DNA of 50,455 bases from a virus (Duplodnaviria > Caudoviricetes): the IMG/VR virus record IMGVR_UViG_3300037565_000061, positions 1 to 50,455 of that record. One strand, given 5' to 3'. Made by a program: the position numbers and the translations under genes. The notes beneath the pieces were generated by a model. The model saw only the letters and a program-made list of their open reading frames with translations, ran no database searches and was not told the origin of the DNA. Shown here one piece after another: positions 1-8,347 of the stretch; the first letter of the stretch is position 1, and each line of letters begins with the position of its first letter.

Positions 1-90
1 TATCACCCACCATTTTCTTGTTTTTGGTGATGGGGTTGGTCTGCTGCGGCTAGGTGTCGTGGCGACGGTCGGGCTGGTCTGTTGCGCCGA

Positions 91-624
91 CGTCATCCCG
101 GGCCTGACCCGGGATCTCCTTGGTTCGGGGGGACCCTCGGATCACGTCCGAGGGTGACGCCTCTCTCGTGACAGAAGCCGTGCCAGCGCCGGTCTGCTGG
201 GCGGGAAGAGGCCCTCGGATCGCGTCCGAGGGTGACGCCTTCTTCCTCACGACAGAAGCCGTGCCAGCGCCGGACCGGGGGACGGCGCCGCGACCTACCC
301 GCTACCGTACTTTATGGCGGCCACGTACATCCTAGCCCCGCGCTCAGCGCTGTCTTCACCAAAGCGCCGGCCCATCGGGCCGGTCCGGCGCTGGCACGGC
401 GGGGGCTGCGCCCCCTTGTTCCGTGCCTAGGGAGAGAAGCGAAAACGTCATCCCCGGCTTGACCGGGGATCTCTTCGAAGCGGGAGACCCTCGGATCAGG
501 TCCGAGGGTGACGGGGCTTCTCGTGCCGAATGGCGTGCCAGCGAAGAAATCCATCCGTCATCCCGGGCTCGACCCGGGATCTCCCTGAACAGCCGTCATC
601 CCGGGCCCTGACCCGGGATCTCCC
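91..624. repeat. Cluster of CGTC-type REP palindromes (BIME-like)
   Basis: CGTCATCCCGGGCnnGACCCGGGATCTC-like units at about 91, 446, 556 and 595; inverted CCCTCGGATCnnGTCCGAGGGTGACG units at about 134, 213 and 488; a third element GCCGTGCCAGCGCCGG at about 177 and 258, inverted at about 385. Confidence 0.8.
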
Positions 625-762
625 GCCGCTGCGCGAAACCCTCGAAACCAGCCCGAGGGTGACCCCCCAACAAAACACCCCACCCAAACCGCAACAAACC
701 GCACAGCCCCGCCGACTTGCCTCTTGAAGCCCCGCGCCAGGCTGCGCTAAAGAGCAGGCCAC

Positions 763-838
763 GGGTCGTTAGCTCAGTTGGTAGAGCGCTTCGTTTACAC
801 CGAAGATGTCAGGAGTTCGAGTCTCTTACGACCCACCA
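763..838 (+). tRNA. tRNA-Val (anticodon TAC), prophage integration site
   Basis: 76 nt cloverleaf: GGGTCGT/ACGACCC acceptor, AGCTCAGTTGGTAGAGC D arm, CTTCG-TTTACAC-CGAAG anticodon arm, GTTCGAGTC T loop, encoded CCA. Confidence 0.97.
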
Positions 839-885
839 TCTTTTCAACGACTTACGCCCGATTAACGAAGTGCATGGCGGTTCAG

Positions 886-903
886 TGAACCTAGCTGAAC
901 CTA
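886..903. promoter_or_regulatory. Candidate integrase arm-type sites
   Basis: Direct repeat TGAACCTA at 886-893 and 896-903 (10-bp period) between the tRNA and the int stop codon. Confidence 0.4.
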
Positions 904-1911
904 ACTCGCCCCCTTGATCGCGGTGAAATTCAGCACCTCGGCGGCGTCATCCATGTGGCTCGGCGCGTACCTGGCGTAGGTCGAATAGGTCACGGCCACG
1001 TTGGAGTGACCCAGGTACTGAGCGACCTTCTCCATCGGGATTCCGGCGGCGACCATGTGGACGGCGGCGGTGTGGCGCAGGGTGTGCAGCGTCACGTCCT
1101 CCAGCCCCGCCGCCTCGACCGCGGCCTTGAAGCCGTTGCGGATCGACTTCACCGGCCGGCCGGCATACTCGATCACGTACTCCGACAGCGCGGCCTCCTC
1201 TGCCGATTGCAGAGCGGCCCGCGTCATGCCGTTCATCGGCACCACGGCACGACCCTTCCTGGTCTTGCTGTCCTCCAGCCGCAGGTTGATGATGCCGCGC
1301 TCGAGATCCACTCTCCCCCACGTCAATTCAAGCAGAGCTCCGACCCGGGCAGCCGTCCCGAGTAGCAGGACGATCGCCAGCCGCGTGTGCGGCGTCGTCG
1401 TGGCGCTCAAGAGCCGGTCGATCTCCTGGTGGGTCAGGTAACGTTCCTTCGGGGCGGGCTTCTCGGGACGCCAGATGTAGGGCGCTTCCGCGATGATCCG
1501 GGCCTTCTTCTGTGCCCAGGTGAGGGCGCTGCGCAGGTGGCCGAGCTCGGTATGGGTCGAGCCCTGGGAGATGCCCGCGCCCTCCCGCATGGCCGCATAG
1601 GCGCGGCAGTGCTCGATGGTGATCTGTTCGGGGGTGAGAGTGCCGAAGAAGGGCAGGACGGCCTTGCCCGTGTAGCGCATGGTCTTTGCCGTGGGCTTCT
1701 CTCCGAGGTCCAGGACGTAGGCCGTCCAGATCTTCTCGATGTTGACGCCGGACCCGTCCAGGGTCTCGCGGCGGTAGACCGCTAAGCCTTCCGCCGCCGC
1801 TTCCTCTCGGGTGCGTGCCGCAAGCTGATGGCGGCGACGTTTGCCTGTGACGGGATCCGGCCAGTAGACGCAGAACCCCCCTCTGAATCTTCCGATTGCG
1901 ATGTCTGACAC
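901..1911 (-). CDS. int: Tyrosine recombinase / phage integrase
   Basis: Catalytic R (TAARVG), HTLRH, LGH, YARY motifs; GTG start with GAGGAG RBS; adjacent to tRNA. Confidence 0.95.
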   Translation of the reverse strand: MSDIAIGRFRGGFCVYWPDPVTGKRRRHQLAARTREEAAAEGLAVYRRETLDGSGVNIEKIWTAYVLDLGEKPTAKTMRYTGKAVLPFFGTLTPEQITIEHCRAYAAMREGAGISQGSTHTELGHLRSALTWAQKKARIIAEAPYIWRPEKPAPKERYLTHQEIDRLLSATTTPHTRLAIVLLLGTAARVGALLELTWGRVDLERGIINLRLEDSKTRKGRAVVPMNGMTRAALQSAEEAALSEYVIEYAGRPVKSIRNGFKAAVEAAGLEDVTLHTLRHTAAVHMVAAGIPMEKVAQYLGHSNVAVTYSTYARYAPSHMDDAAEVLNFTAIKGAS

Positions 1912-2066
1912 GCTTCGTACTCCTCAACCACGCTGACTTTAATCCTGTACAAGTCTCCCACGCGGAAGTGCGCGAGCTTCCCTGACTGGCACAGATTGCG
2001 CACGGTTGTATCCGTACAGCCCCACCGCTCCGCAAGTGTTTTCGGCGTGTAGACCTTTGGCGCCAT
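1782..2066 (-). CDS. Excisionase-like winged-HTH protein
   Basis: MAPKVYTPKTLAERWGCTDTTVRNLCQSGKLAHFRVGDLYRI is a typical HTH_17/Xis pattern; overlaps int start by 130 nt. Confidence 0.8.
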   Translation of the reverse strand: MAPKVYTPKTLAERWGCTDTTVRNLCQSGKLAHFRVGDLYRIKVSVVEEYEACQTSQSEDSEGGSASTGRIPSQANVAAISLRHAPERKRRRKA

Positions 2067-2068
2067 CG

Positions 2069-2296
2069 CTAAGCCCTCCTGACTGATCGAAACTTTCCCT
2101 CGTCGCCATAGACCTCCTGGAGCTGGCGAAGGGTGAGATGCTGGTGCTGCTCGGGAATCGCCCGAAGCGAGCGGATGCGGCGGTGGCCGCTTTCCGCGCC
2201 GACCAGGATACCGTTCTTGACCACGGGACGGGTGGCGACCTTCACGGGGCACCAGCGGTCGAAGACGCGCTGCTCGTAGAACCAAGGTCCCGTCAT
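2069..2296 (-). CDS. Hypothetical phage protein
   Basis: 75 aa, ATGA-coupled to upstream gene, GGAGG RBS. Confidence 0.7.
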   Translation of the reverse strand: MTGPWFYEQRVFDRWCPVKVATRPVVKNGILVGAESGHRRIRSLRAIPEQHQHLTLRQLQEVYGDEGKFRSVRRA

Positions 2297-2994
2297 GCCG
2301 CCCTCCGCTGGATCCAGTAGGCGGCGGAAAACTTCGCATCCTCGCCCAACTCGGACTTATCCCTGATCCACTGGAGGTAATCGACGGGCACTTCGTCGAA
2401 CCGTTGGCCCCGGTGCTTGCCGAAGGTGAGCTTGTGCATCAGCGCCGGCTGCGCCGACACCTCGGCCATCTGGTCCAGGCTCTCGAAGTGATCGAGGAGC
2501 TTCAGGAAGATGTGGCCAGTCACGTAGGCGTCGGGCATGGCGCGGTGCGGCGGCATGGCGAGATCGCGGTTGAAACCCGCCACCTCGTCCAGACCGAGCC
2601 AGTAGCGCAGCACCTGGTTGCCATGGCCGGGGGCATCCGGCCAGGCCCGCAGGGCGCACTTGTAGGTGCAGATCCAGCCCTTTCCGACGCCGGGGTAGAA
2701 GTGCTGCTCAAACTCGGCGTTGTGCGCGACGGCGTACTCCTCGGCCCCCAGGCCACCCCAGAACTCGGGCCAATACTGGTTGGCCTCCAGACAGTCTTCG
2801 AGGTCGGACATCTGGAGGTGATGGACGGCCATAGTTTCGGGCGGGATCGGACCACGCGGCCGGGCCAGGCGGTAGAAGGGCTCGCTGACCGTGCGCTCCT
2901 CCAGATCGACCGTGACGCGGCCCATCTCGATCACCTCGGGCGCGGGATCCTCGGGCGTGCCCGTGGTCTCGTAGTCGATGACGTAAACCTTCAT
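2293..2994 (-). CDS. DEDDh 3'-5' exonuclease (exonuclease X-like) with C-terminal DUF3820-like motif
   Basis: IDYETTG (ExoI), AHNAEFE (ExoII), HRAMPD (ExoIII); C-terminal LTFGKHRG..VPVDYLQW; start moved to ATG 2994. Confidence 0.88.
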   Translation of the reverse strand: MKVYVIDYETTGTPEDPAPEVIEMGRVTVDLEERTVSEPFYRLARPRGPIPPETMAVHHLQMSDLEDCLEANQYWPEFWGGLGAEEYAVAHNAEFEQHFYPGVGKGWICTYKCALRAWPDAPGHGNQVLRYWLGLDEVAGFNRDLAMPPHRAMPDAYVTGHIFLKLLDHFESLDQMAEVSAQPALMHKLTFGKHRGQRFDEVPVDYLQWIRDKSELGEDAKFSAAYWIQRRAA

Positions 2995-3233
2995 GTCTTC
3001 ACCGTGATCGCTGCGAACTTCTTGGGGTTGAACACCGTGTTTCCGATCTTCACCACCGCGTGGGGGTTCTCGGAATTGCACTGGTTGCCGATGTGGGTCA
3101 GCCAGTCTTTGACCTTCTCCTCAGTCATGCGGTCTTCAGCCAAAGGGATCTTTTCACCGCTTGGCTGGATGCCGAAAAACACCCTGCGCTTTTCGGTGGG
3201 ATCTTTGGCTTCTAGCTCTTTCTCGTCTTTCAT
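2991..3233 (-). CDS. Hypothetical phage protein
   Basis: MKDEKELEAK..., GAGGA RBS, ATGA overlaps at both ends. Confidence 0.65.
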   Translation of the reverse strand: MKDEKELEAKDPTEKRRVFFGIQPSGEKIPLAEDRMTEEKVKDWLTHIGNQCNSENPHAVVKIGNTVFNPKKFAAITVKT

Positions 3234-3547
3234 TGGGAAGTCCTCTCGCTGATGATTTCGGGTCTCTGAATCCGCGGCGGGAAGCGCCACTGGATCCGCA
3301 TGACAGAGCAATCTCCGTCGGCCTTCAGGCGGTGCGGGGTCGAGGGCACGTCGATGCTCTCGCCGTACTTCAGCCACCGCTTGTAGAGCTGCTTGGCATC
3401 GCCATACCACCAGACCTGAAGCCGCCCGAACTGGAGGCTGTAGGTCGTCACGTGGAGGCTGGTGCTCCAACTGGTGCGCTCACCGCCGAAGAGGTCCAGG
3501 CGGTCGATGACGGTGATCTCGTTGGAGAAGAGGCGCGTCCTGTTCAC
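3230..3547 (-). CDS. Hypothetical phage protein
   Basis: GTG start (MNRTRLFSNE...) coupled to upstream stop. Confidence 0.6.
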   Translation of the reverse strand: MNRTRLFSNEITVIDRLDLFGGERTSWSTSLHVTTYSLQFGRLQVWWYGDAKQLYKRWLKYGESIDVPSTPHRLKADGDCSVMRIQWRFPPRIQRPEIISERTSQ

Positions 3548-3684
3548 CGCCGATCCTCTTCGATGGGGAAGGGCTCGCGGGGCACCGTCACCGGCTTCCG
3601 GCTCAAGGCATACTGGCCCTGAATGTAGGAGTAGTAAGGCACCTCGATCACGCGGCGGTCGGTCCTGCAGGGCGTGTCGCTCAT
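3544..3684 (-). CDS. Small hypothetical protein (46 aa, not in ORF track)
   Basis: MSDTPCRTDRRVIEVPYYSYIQGQYALSRKPVTVPREPFPIEEDRR exactly fills the gap with ATGA/GTGA overlaps. Confidence 0.55.
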   Translation of the reverse strand: MSDTPCRTDRRVIEVPYYSYIQGQYALSRKPVTVPREPFPIEEDRR

Positions 3685-3863
3685 GCCGCATTCTCCCGCT
3701 TGCGCTCCACCTCCCAGGCCATGCGGCTGAGTTCGTCGGCGCCCTCGCGCAGGGCCTTCGTGTCGTCGAGCTTGCCCATGGCTGCGCGGAGCTGGAAATG
3801 GGCGACCATGAGGCGCACGGCGGCGCGGGTGGAGAGCATCGTGAGCTTTTCAGCAGCGGTCAT
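3681..3863 (-). CDS. Hypothetical phage protein
   Basis: MTAAEKLTML...RENAA, coupled at both ends. Confidence 0.6.
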   Translation of the reverse strand: MTAAEKLTMLSTRAAVRLMVAHFQLRAAMGKLDDTKALREGADELSRMAWEVERKRENAA

Positions 3864-4054
3864 TTTTCGGCCCACGCCAGAAATAGGGCTGCGGCGACCA
3901 GGGCGATTAAGCCCCAGACAATCCATGCGCCGATCAGCCAGAGGTAGGTCACGATGTTGGTCCACTCCGTCTCTCTCAGATCGAGCGAGATCAGCGAGGT
4001 GAGCGGTGCAGCCATGATGTAGGCGACGACCGGGCAGATGATGTAGCGTAGCAT
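3860..4054 (-). CDS. Small membrane protein (2 TM)
   Basis: Two hydrophobic segments, GAGGAG RBS. Confidence 0.65.
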   Translation of the reverse strand: MLRYIICPVVAYIMAAPLTSLISLDLRETEWTNIVTYLWLIGAWIVWGLIALVAAALFLAWAEK

Positions 4055-4435
4055 TCAGTTCTCCTCTCTGCGGACGACGCCACCGCCGACCTTCTTTTTC
4101 CACTTCGACCCTCGACTACCCGGCAGCGGGGCCTTCGGCTTTGCCAGCCCGAGGTGCCTCTTGCGGACCCGCGCATCCTTCTTCTTCTGCTTCAGATCCT
4201 CGCGGGTCTTGGCCTTGTGCGCCTCCTTCAGCACCGGCTGGAGATTGCTCTCCCGGTGCTCGCCGCCGTTCGTCAGCGCCTGAATGTGATCGACCTCCCA
4301 GGCATCACCGGGCCGGATCTTCCGTGCGCTCAACTGGCAGACGCCGCCGAACCGCTCGAAGACCCGGAGCCGGACCCGGGCCGGTATCTTGGCGTCGGGC
4401 GTGGCGCCGATCCATTCAGGCACTGACCGGCTCAT
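4055..4435 (-). CDS. HNH endonuclease
   Basis: VDHIQALTNGGEHRESNLQPV...H motif. Confidence 0.85.
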   Translation of the reverse strand: MSRSVPEWIGATPDAKIPARVRLRVFERFGGVCQLSARKIRPGDAWEVDHIQALTNGGEHRESNLQPVLKEAHKAKTREDLKQKKKDARVRKRHLGLAKPKAPLPGSRGSKWKKKVGGGVVRREEN

Positions 4436-5319
4436 GCGGCCTCGCGCTCCCGGTCCACCACCACGGCCAGGTGACGGACCTTGCCCGCCACGATGGCTTC
4501 AGCCATGGCGCGGGGGCCGTCGAACTTGGCGAGGTCGGCGGCAATGGCGGCGATCAGCTCCTCTTCCGGGTCTGCCGTCTTCGCCACCTCTGCCGCCGCC
4601 TCCTGCTCGGGCTCGGCCTGAACCTCTGGTTCGGGTTCCTCGTCCCTCGGTGCGGCTGCCTTGGCCTCCGCTGCCTCGGCGCGCTTGCGGGCCTCTTCAG
4701 CCTCGGCCTTGGCCGCGTCAGCCTCCCGCTTGGCTCTGGCAAGCTCGGCTTGCTGGGCCTCGCGCTCCTGGACCATCTTCAGGGTCGTCTCGAAGGCGAT
4801 CAGGGCCTTGTCGCGGGTCTCCGTGGCGATGCGCTCGAACTCGTCGAAGCCCTTGCTGGTATCGACCGCCCGCACCTCCTCGATGATCTTCTCGATCTCC
4901 TCGGACTTCATCGTCCAGTGTACCCGGTCCTCGGCAAAGACGGCCATGCGGCGGTTGATGTCCTCGCGCCGGGCCTTGTCCTGCTTTTCCCACTCGTCGA
5001 GCGGGCGGCGGATCTCGGCGGCGGCGGCGTCAAGCTCCTCGCGCACCAGACGGCGGCGCTCGTTCACCCCGTCGATCCTCTTCCGCCATTCCTCCGTCAG
5101 GGCCTTGCCGGTCTCGTCCAGGTAGGTCTTGGTGCGCCGCACCTTGTAGGCCACCGAGGCGATCTCCTTGCGGCTGGTGGCCGTGCCGAGATCCGGCTGG
5201 TGCATCCTGGCCGCTTTCTTCACCGCCTCGATGACGGGCGTGATCTCCGTCTCGCCGTTGAACACGGCCTGAAGATCCACGCCCTCGGGCAGGAAGAGGT
5301 CTGGGGTTTCGTCGCTCAC
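4432..5319 (-). CDS. Coiled-coil phage protein of the recombination arm
   Basis: 295 aa, helical E/A/R-rich, coupled to recT. Confidence 0.75.
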   Translation of the reverse strand: MSDETPDLFLPEGVDLQAVFNGETEITPVIEAVKKAARMHQPDLGTATSRKEIASVAYKVRRTKTYLDETGKALTEEWRKRIDGVNERRRLVREELDAAAAEIRRPLDEWEKQDKARREDINRRMAVFAEDRVHWTMKSEEIEKIIEEVRAVDTSKGFDEFERIATETRDKALIAFETTLKMVQEREAQQAELARAKREADAAKAEAEEARKRAEAAEAKAAAPRDEEPEPEVQAEPEQEAAAEVAKTADPEEELIAAIAADLAKFDGPRAMAEAIVAGKVRHLAVVVDREREAA

Positions 5320-6296
5320 TGGTCGTCCTCCGCTTCTGTGATGCTGTCATGGCCGTCGAGCCACGCGATGGCGCTCTCCACGTCGTCCTTGTAGGGACAG
5401 GCGCTGCGCTCGGCCCCGGCCCGCGCCGCCTCGGCCCCTTCCTCGAAAACAGGGCTCGTGTCGGGGGAGGAGGTATCGCCATTTGCGTCCTGGCCCTCCT
5501 GAGCGGCCTCGTGGTGGGTCTGGTCCGCTTCCTGGGGGGTAGGGGAGGGGTCAGCCTCTTTCGGCTCCTGTGCGGCCTCCTGGCGGGCCTGTTCGATCAT
5601 CTGCGCAAAGCCCCCTTGGCGCGGGGTGACATCGCGCATCCGGCGGCGCTCGAACTGCTCCACCTCGTCATCGCTATAGGCCCCCATCATCAGGTCGGCG
5701 CGGTAGCGGCGCATCCAGCCCCGGCCCGCGTAGTAGGCAAGCTGCTGGCGCGGATCGTTGTGCCACATGGGGCTGTTCTTGATGGTGATCTGGTCAAGCT
5801 CGGGGGTCTCGTACTCCAGCAGCTCCCCGCCATCGCTGGCGTAGGCGATGCACTTGAGGTTGCCGACCGCGCGGCGCTTGGCGATCTCGTTGCCCTTGTA
5901 GCTCTTCACCGGCTCGTCGAGGATCTTCAGCTCCCCCTCATAGCGGTACTTGATGACGATCCCGGCCTTGCGCGCGACCGCGGTGAAGACCTTGGCCTGG
6001 AAGGCCACCGGGCCACCGTCCTTGGCCTGATAGGATTCCTCGGCCAGACCGAAGGGATCGAGGCCCCAGTGGGTCGCCCGCATCACCAGCGCGAGACAGA
6101 TGCCCGCGTTGCCCTGCGCGTGTTTCGGTAGCATCGGCCCCGCCTGGGCCATGAGCTTCGCGAACTCGACGATCTTGGGCAGGTCTCCGAAGTGGTACGC
6201 ACCAAGCCCCGGATCGAGCGTCTTGATCTCGGGGATCGCGTCGCCCACCTGGCGGGGCTTGATCCGGTCTTCGTCCTGCATTTTCAAAGCGGTCAT
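5316..6296 (-). CDS. recT: RecT-family ssDNA annealing protein with RMF-like C-terminal motif
   Basis: CLALVMRATHWGLDPF, SPMWHNDPRQQLAYYAGRGWMRRY..LMMGAYSDDE; follows RecE-like gene. Confidence 0.85.
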   Translation of the reverse strand: MTALKMQDEDRIKPRQVGDAIPEIKTLDPGLGAYHFGDLPKIVEFAKLMAQAGPMLPKHAQGNAGICLALVMRATHWGLDPFGLAEESYQAKDGGPVAFQAKVFTAVARKAGIVIKYRYEGELKILDEPVKSYKGNEIAKRRAVGNLKCIAYASDGGELLEYETPELDQITIKNSPMWHNDPRQQLAYYAGRGWMRRYRADLMMGAYSDDEVEQFERRRMRDVTPRQGGFAQMIEQARQEAAQEPKEADPSPTPQEADQTHHEAAQEGQDANGDTSSPDTSPVFEEGAEAARAGAERSACPYKDDVESAIAWLDGHDSITEAEDDQ

Positions 6297-6402
6297 TCTG
6301 GTCTCCTGTCGTTGGTCCGACCGGCCCTGGCGGGTGCTCCAGGTGAGTGCGCCGGTCGGCCACGGAGCGGGGCAAGGGATCCCCCCTTCCGTGGATCTCG
6401 GG

Positions 6403-7377
6403 TTACGGGGCGGTGCCCGCAGTGTTCATGCGCTCCAGCATCATCTCGCGGTGCCAGTCGGGGCGCTGGAAGGCCCCCACGTCATCGCCGGGACCGGGCC
6501 AGTGGCCCATGTCGAGACATTCGCGGAAGCGGGTCAGGGCGTAGCGGTTGCGGAAAGCTCCGATGTTGAGGTCTTCCTCATGGATCTCGCGCAGCACCAC
6601 GTGGTAGGGCGGCGTCGAGCTTTGCATGATCAGCCCGACCTGGGAGGGCCGGTTGCCGGTCAGGCGCTCGAAGCCCTCGGCGGCAAAGGCCATCTGCATG
6701 TCGTAGCCGCCGTCGAGGATGCGGCGATCGCAGAGGCGGTGATTGAACGGGCTGCCGCCCGGCGCGACCTTCTTGTAGTCCGAGAGCATCCCGCTGAAGG
6801 AAACCTGGTCTGGCCGGGCGAGGCACCACAGATCGGTCGTCTCGTCGCGCCACGCCATGGTGATCTCCGGGATGCCGCCAAGGGCTGCCTGGGCGGCGGG
6901 GTCTTTCGAGAGCACCAGGGCCATCTCGACCAGCAGCTCGTAATCGGCCACGGTCAGCACGTCGCGGGGATCGGCCTCGACCTCCTCCCAGAATTGGATG
7001 GAGCGGAGACCCGCCTCGGTGGCGCGGCCCTCGCGGAAGGCCTGGAGCTGGGCGGCGGTGGGCCGGTTCGGCTTGTTGGCGGGGAGCACCCGGAAGTGCC
7101 GCTCGAACTCCTCCATGCCGCCCTCGATGATCGCCGCCGCCGCCCGCCCGGTGCGCAGCGCGGCGCTGTCGGCCCGCTCGTAGCGGTTGGGGTTCAACTG
7201 GTGGAAGGCCCAGACATCGGCGGGGCTGTGGATCTCCATCTTGCGCAGGATGCCTGACGTGACCGACACGCCGTCGCAGGGCTGGCTGTGGTGCTGATCG
7301 AGCGGAATGGCGTAGAACCCCGGCTCGGTGATTCTTTCTCCGGGTCCGAGCGAGCGGACGAGCGTTGAGTCGAGCAT
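6403..7377 (-). CDS. RecE/exonuclease VIII-like PD-(D/E)XK nuclease (DUF3799-like)
   Basis: SVTSGILR..SPA, ALRTGRAA, ARPD...SDYKK, YDMQMAF; upstream of recT. Confidence 0.85.
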   Translation of the reverse strand: MLDSTLVRSLGPGERITEPGFYAIPLDQHHSQPCDGVSVTSGILRKMEIHSPADVWAFHQLNPNRYERADSAALRTGRAAAAIIEGGMEEFERHFRVLPANKPNRPTAAQLQAFREGRATEAGLRSIQFWEEVEADPRDVLTVADYELLVEMALVLSKDPAAQAALGGIPEITMAWRDETTDLWCLARPDQVSFSGMLSDYKKVAPGGSPFNHRLCDRRILDGGYDMQMAFAAEGFERLTGNRPSQVGLIMQSSTPPYHVVLREIHEEDLNIGAFRNRYALTRFRECLDMGHWPGPGDDVGAFQRPDWHREMMLERMNTAGTAP

Positions 7378-7493
7378 GTCATCTTCCCCTTGATCGCCAT
7401 GTTCGATACTTGGGGGCGCGGGTTAGTGGTGCCGCGCCCCCTTTGGCGTTCGGCGCTTGGGCCTCACCGAACAGGGCGGTTCCGGGACTATCT

Positions 7494-7551
7494 ATCGCTA
7501 CGGGCGACTATTTGTCAATCCTGGCGATCAAGAAAAATCGCTGTTTGCGAC
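7494..7551 (-). promoter_or_regulatory. PL-like promoter with two operators
   Basis: ATCGCTACGGGCGAC (7494-7508) and ATCGCTGTTTGCGAC (7537-7551); TTGACA -35 on minus strand at about 7513-7518. Confidence 0.7.
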
Positions 7552-7617
7552 CTTGCGTCATAGCACGTTTGGGTAGAGAGTAACGGCATTGTGAGGTTTC
7601 GGATTGATGAGGGATGT

Positions 7618-7764
7618 ATGAGACGGGAAGCCGAGTTCTGTGCAGCCTTATTGAGGCTGGCTGAAGAAGATCAGAGGAAGGTGTTCGATCTTATCGGCGA
7701 GATGACAGAAGCTGATCCACCATGTTCATCACCAGGTCCATCTGAGCTTCATCGAGTTGGCTGA
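7618..7764 (+). CDS. Small protein convergent with and overlapping the repressor 3' end (candidate antirepressor)
   Basis: 48 aa MRREAEFCAALLRLAEEDQRKVFDLIGEM...; GAGGGA RBS; below ORF-track cutoff. Confidence 0.45.
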   Translation: MRREAEFCAALLRLAEEDQRKVFDLIGEMTEADPPCSSPGPSELHRVG

Positions 7765-7987
7765 GTCGCTCCAGGCGATCCGCATCCTTACTGACTGACG
7801 CATCGAAGATAAGATCACGGGGACGGACCCTTAGCGCCTTGGCAATGCACTCCATCCGGTGCGCGTTGATCTGCTTCTTCCCGTTCTCAAGCTCGGTATA
7901 ATAGCTCTGCGACATGCCTGCCATGTCGGCAACTTGCCGCTGTGTCAGGCCGCGCTCCTTGCGGATCTCTTTGAGACGTAGCTTCAT
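7691..7987 (-). CDS. XRE-family HTH prophage repressor (CI-like, no S24 peptidase domain)
   Basis: LKEIRKERGLTQRQVADMAGMSQSYYTELENGK; 98 aa from ATG 7987; divergent from cro-like gene. Confidence 0.85.
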   Translation of the reverse strand: MKLRLKEIRKERGLTQRQVADMAGMSQSYYTELENGKKQINAHRMECIAKALRVRPRDLIFDASVSKDADRLERLSQLDEAQMDLVMNMVDQLLSSRR

Positions 7988-8022
7988 ATCTTCGGCATAA
8001 CCCGCAGAAGAAATATCGCGTA

Positions 8023-8071
8023 GTCGATAATAGCGATCTTGATCTTGGGCGCTTTGATCGCTATGAGCGAT
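8023..8071 (+). promoter_or_regulatory. PR-like promoter with operators
   Basis: TTGATC(8039)-17 nt-TATGAG(8062); operators GTCGATAATAGCGAT 8023-8037 and ATCGCTATGAGCGAT 8057-8071. Confidence 0.7.
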
Positions 8072-8074
8072 AGC

Positions 8075-8305
8075 ATGGCTAAGACACGTTTCCATGAATA
8101 CCTCCGCGAGACAGGGCAGAAGATCGGCAGCTTTGCGCGCCGTATCGGGATCTCTCCCAACTATCTGAGCGAGATTGCGACATACCGCAAAACTCCATCC
8201 CTGGAGACGGCCCACAAGATCGAAGTTGCGACGAATGGGGCCATCCCGATGTCTTTCTGGCTCGACAGGCCCAATGCCGAGCGGGGTTCAGGTCAATCAA
8301 AATAA
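8075..8305 (+). CDS. Cro-like HTH protein
   Basis: FARRIGISPNYLSEIATYRKTPSLETAHKIEVATNGAI. Confidence 0.85.
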   Translation: MAKTRFHEYLRETGQKIGSFARRIGISPNYLSEIATYRKTPSLETAHKIEVATNGAIPMSFWLDRPNAERGSGQSK

Positions 8306-8320
8306 GTCGCGCATAGCGAC
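8306..8320. promoter_or_regulatory. Operator-like palindrome
   Basis: GTCGCGCATAGCGAC directly after the cro stop. Confidence 0.6.
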
Positions 8321-8347
8321 GAGTCAACCAATGGAAGGAAAATACAA

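Noticed and set aside
91-624. CRISPR array
   Set aside because: Repeats alternate in orientation and type, spacing is irregular and no cas genes are present; fits REP elements
887-900. Alphaproteobacterial LexA box
   Set aside because: GAAC-N6-GAAC has the wrong spacing (N7 required) and lies at the int 3' end; no convincing SOS box seen near the repressor
50-917. Short ORFs across the REP/tRNA region
   Set aside because: They translate palindromic repeats or the tRNA; no RBS or protein-like composition
7988-8215. 76-aa N-terminal extension of the repressor in the ORF track
   Set aside because: Overlaps cro and the operators; the HTH starts right after Met at 7987
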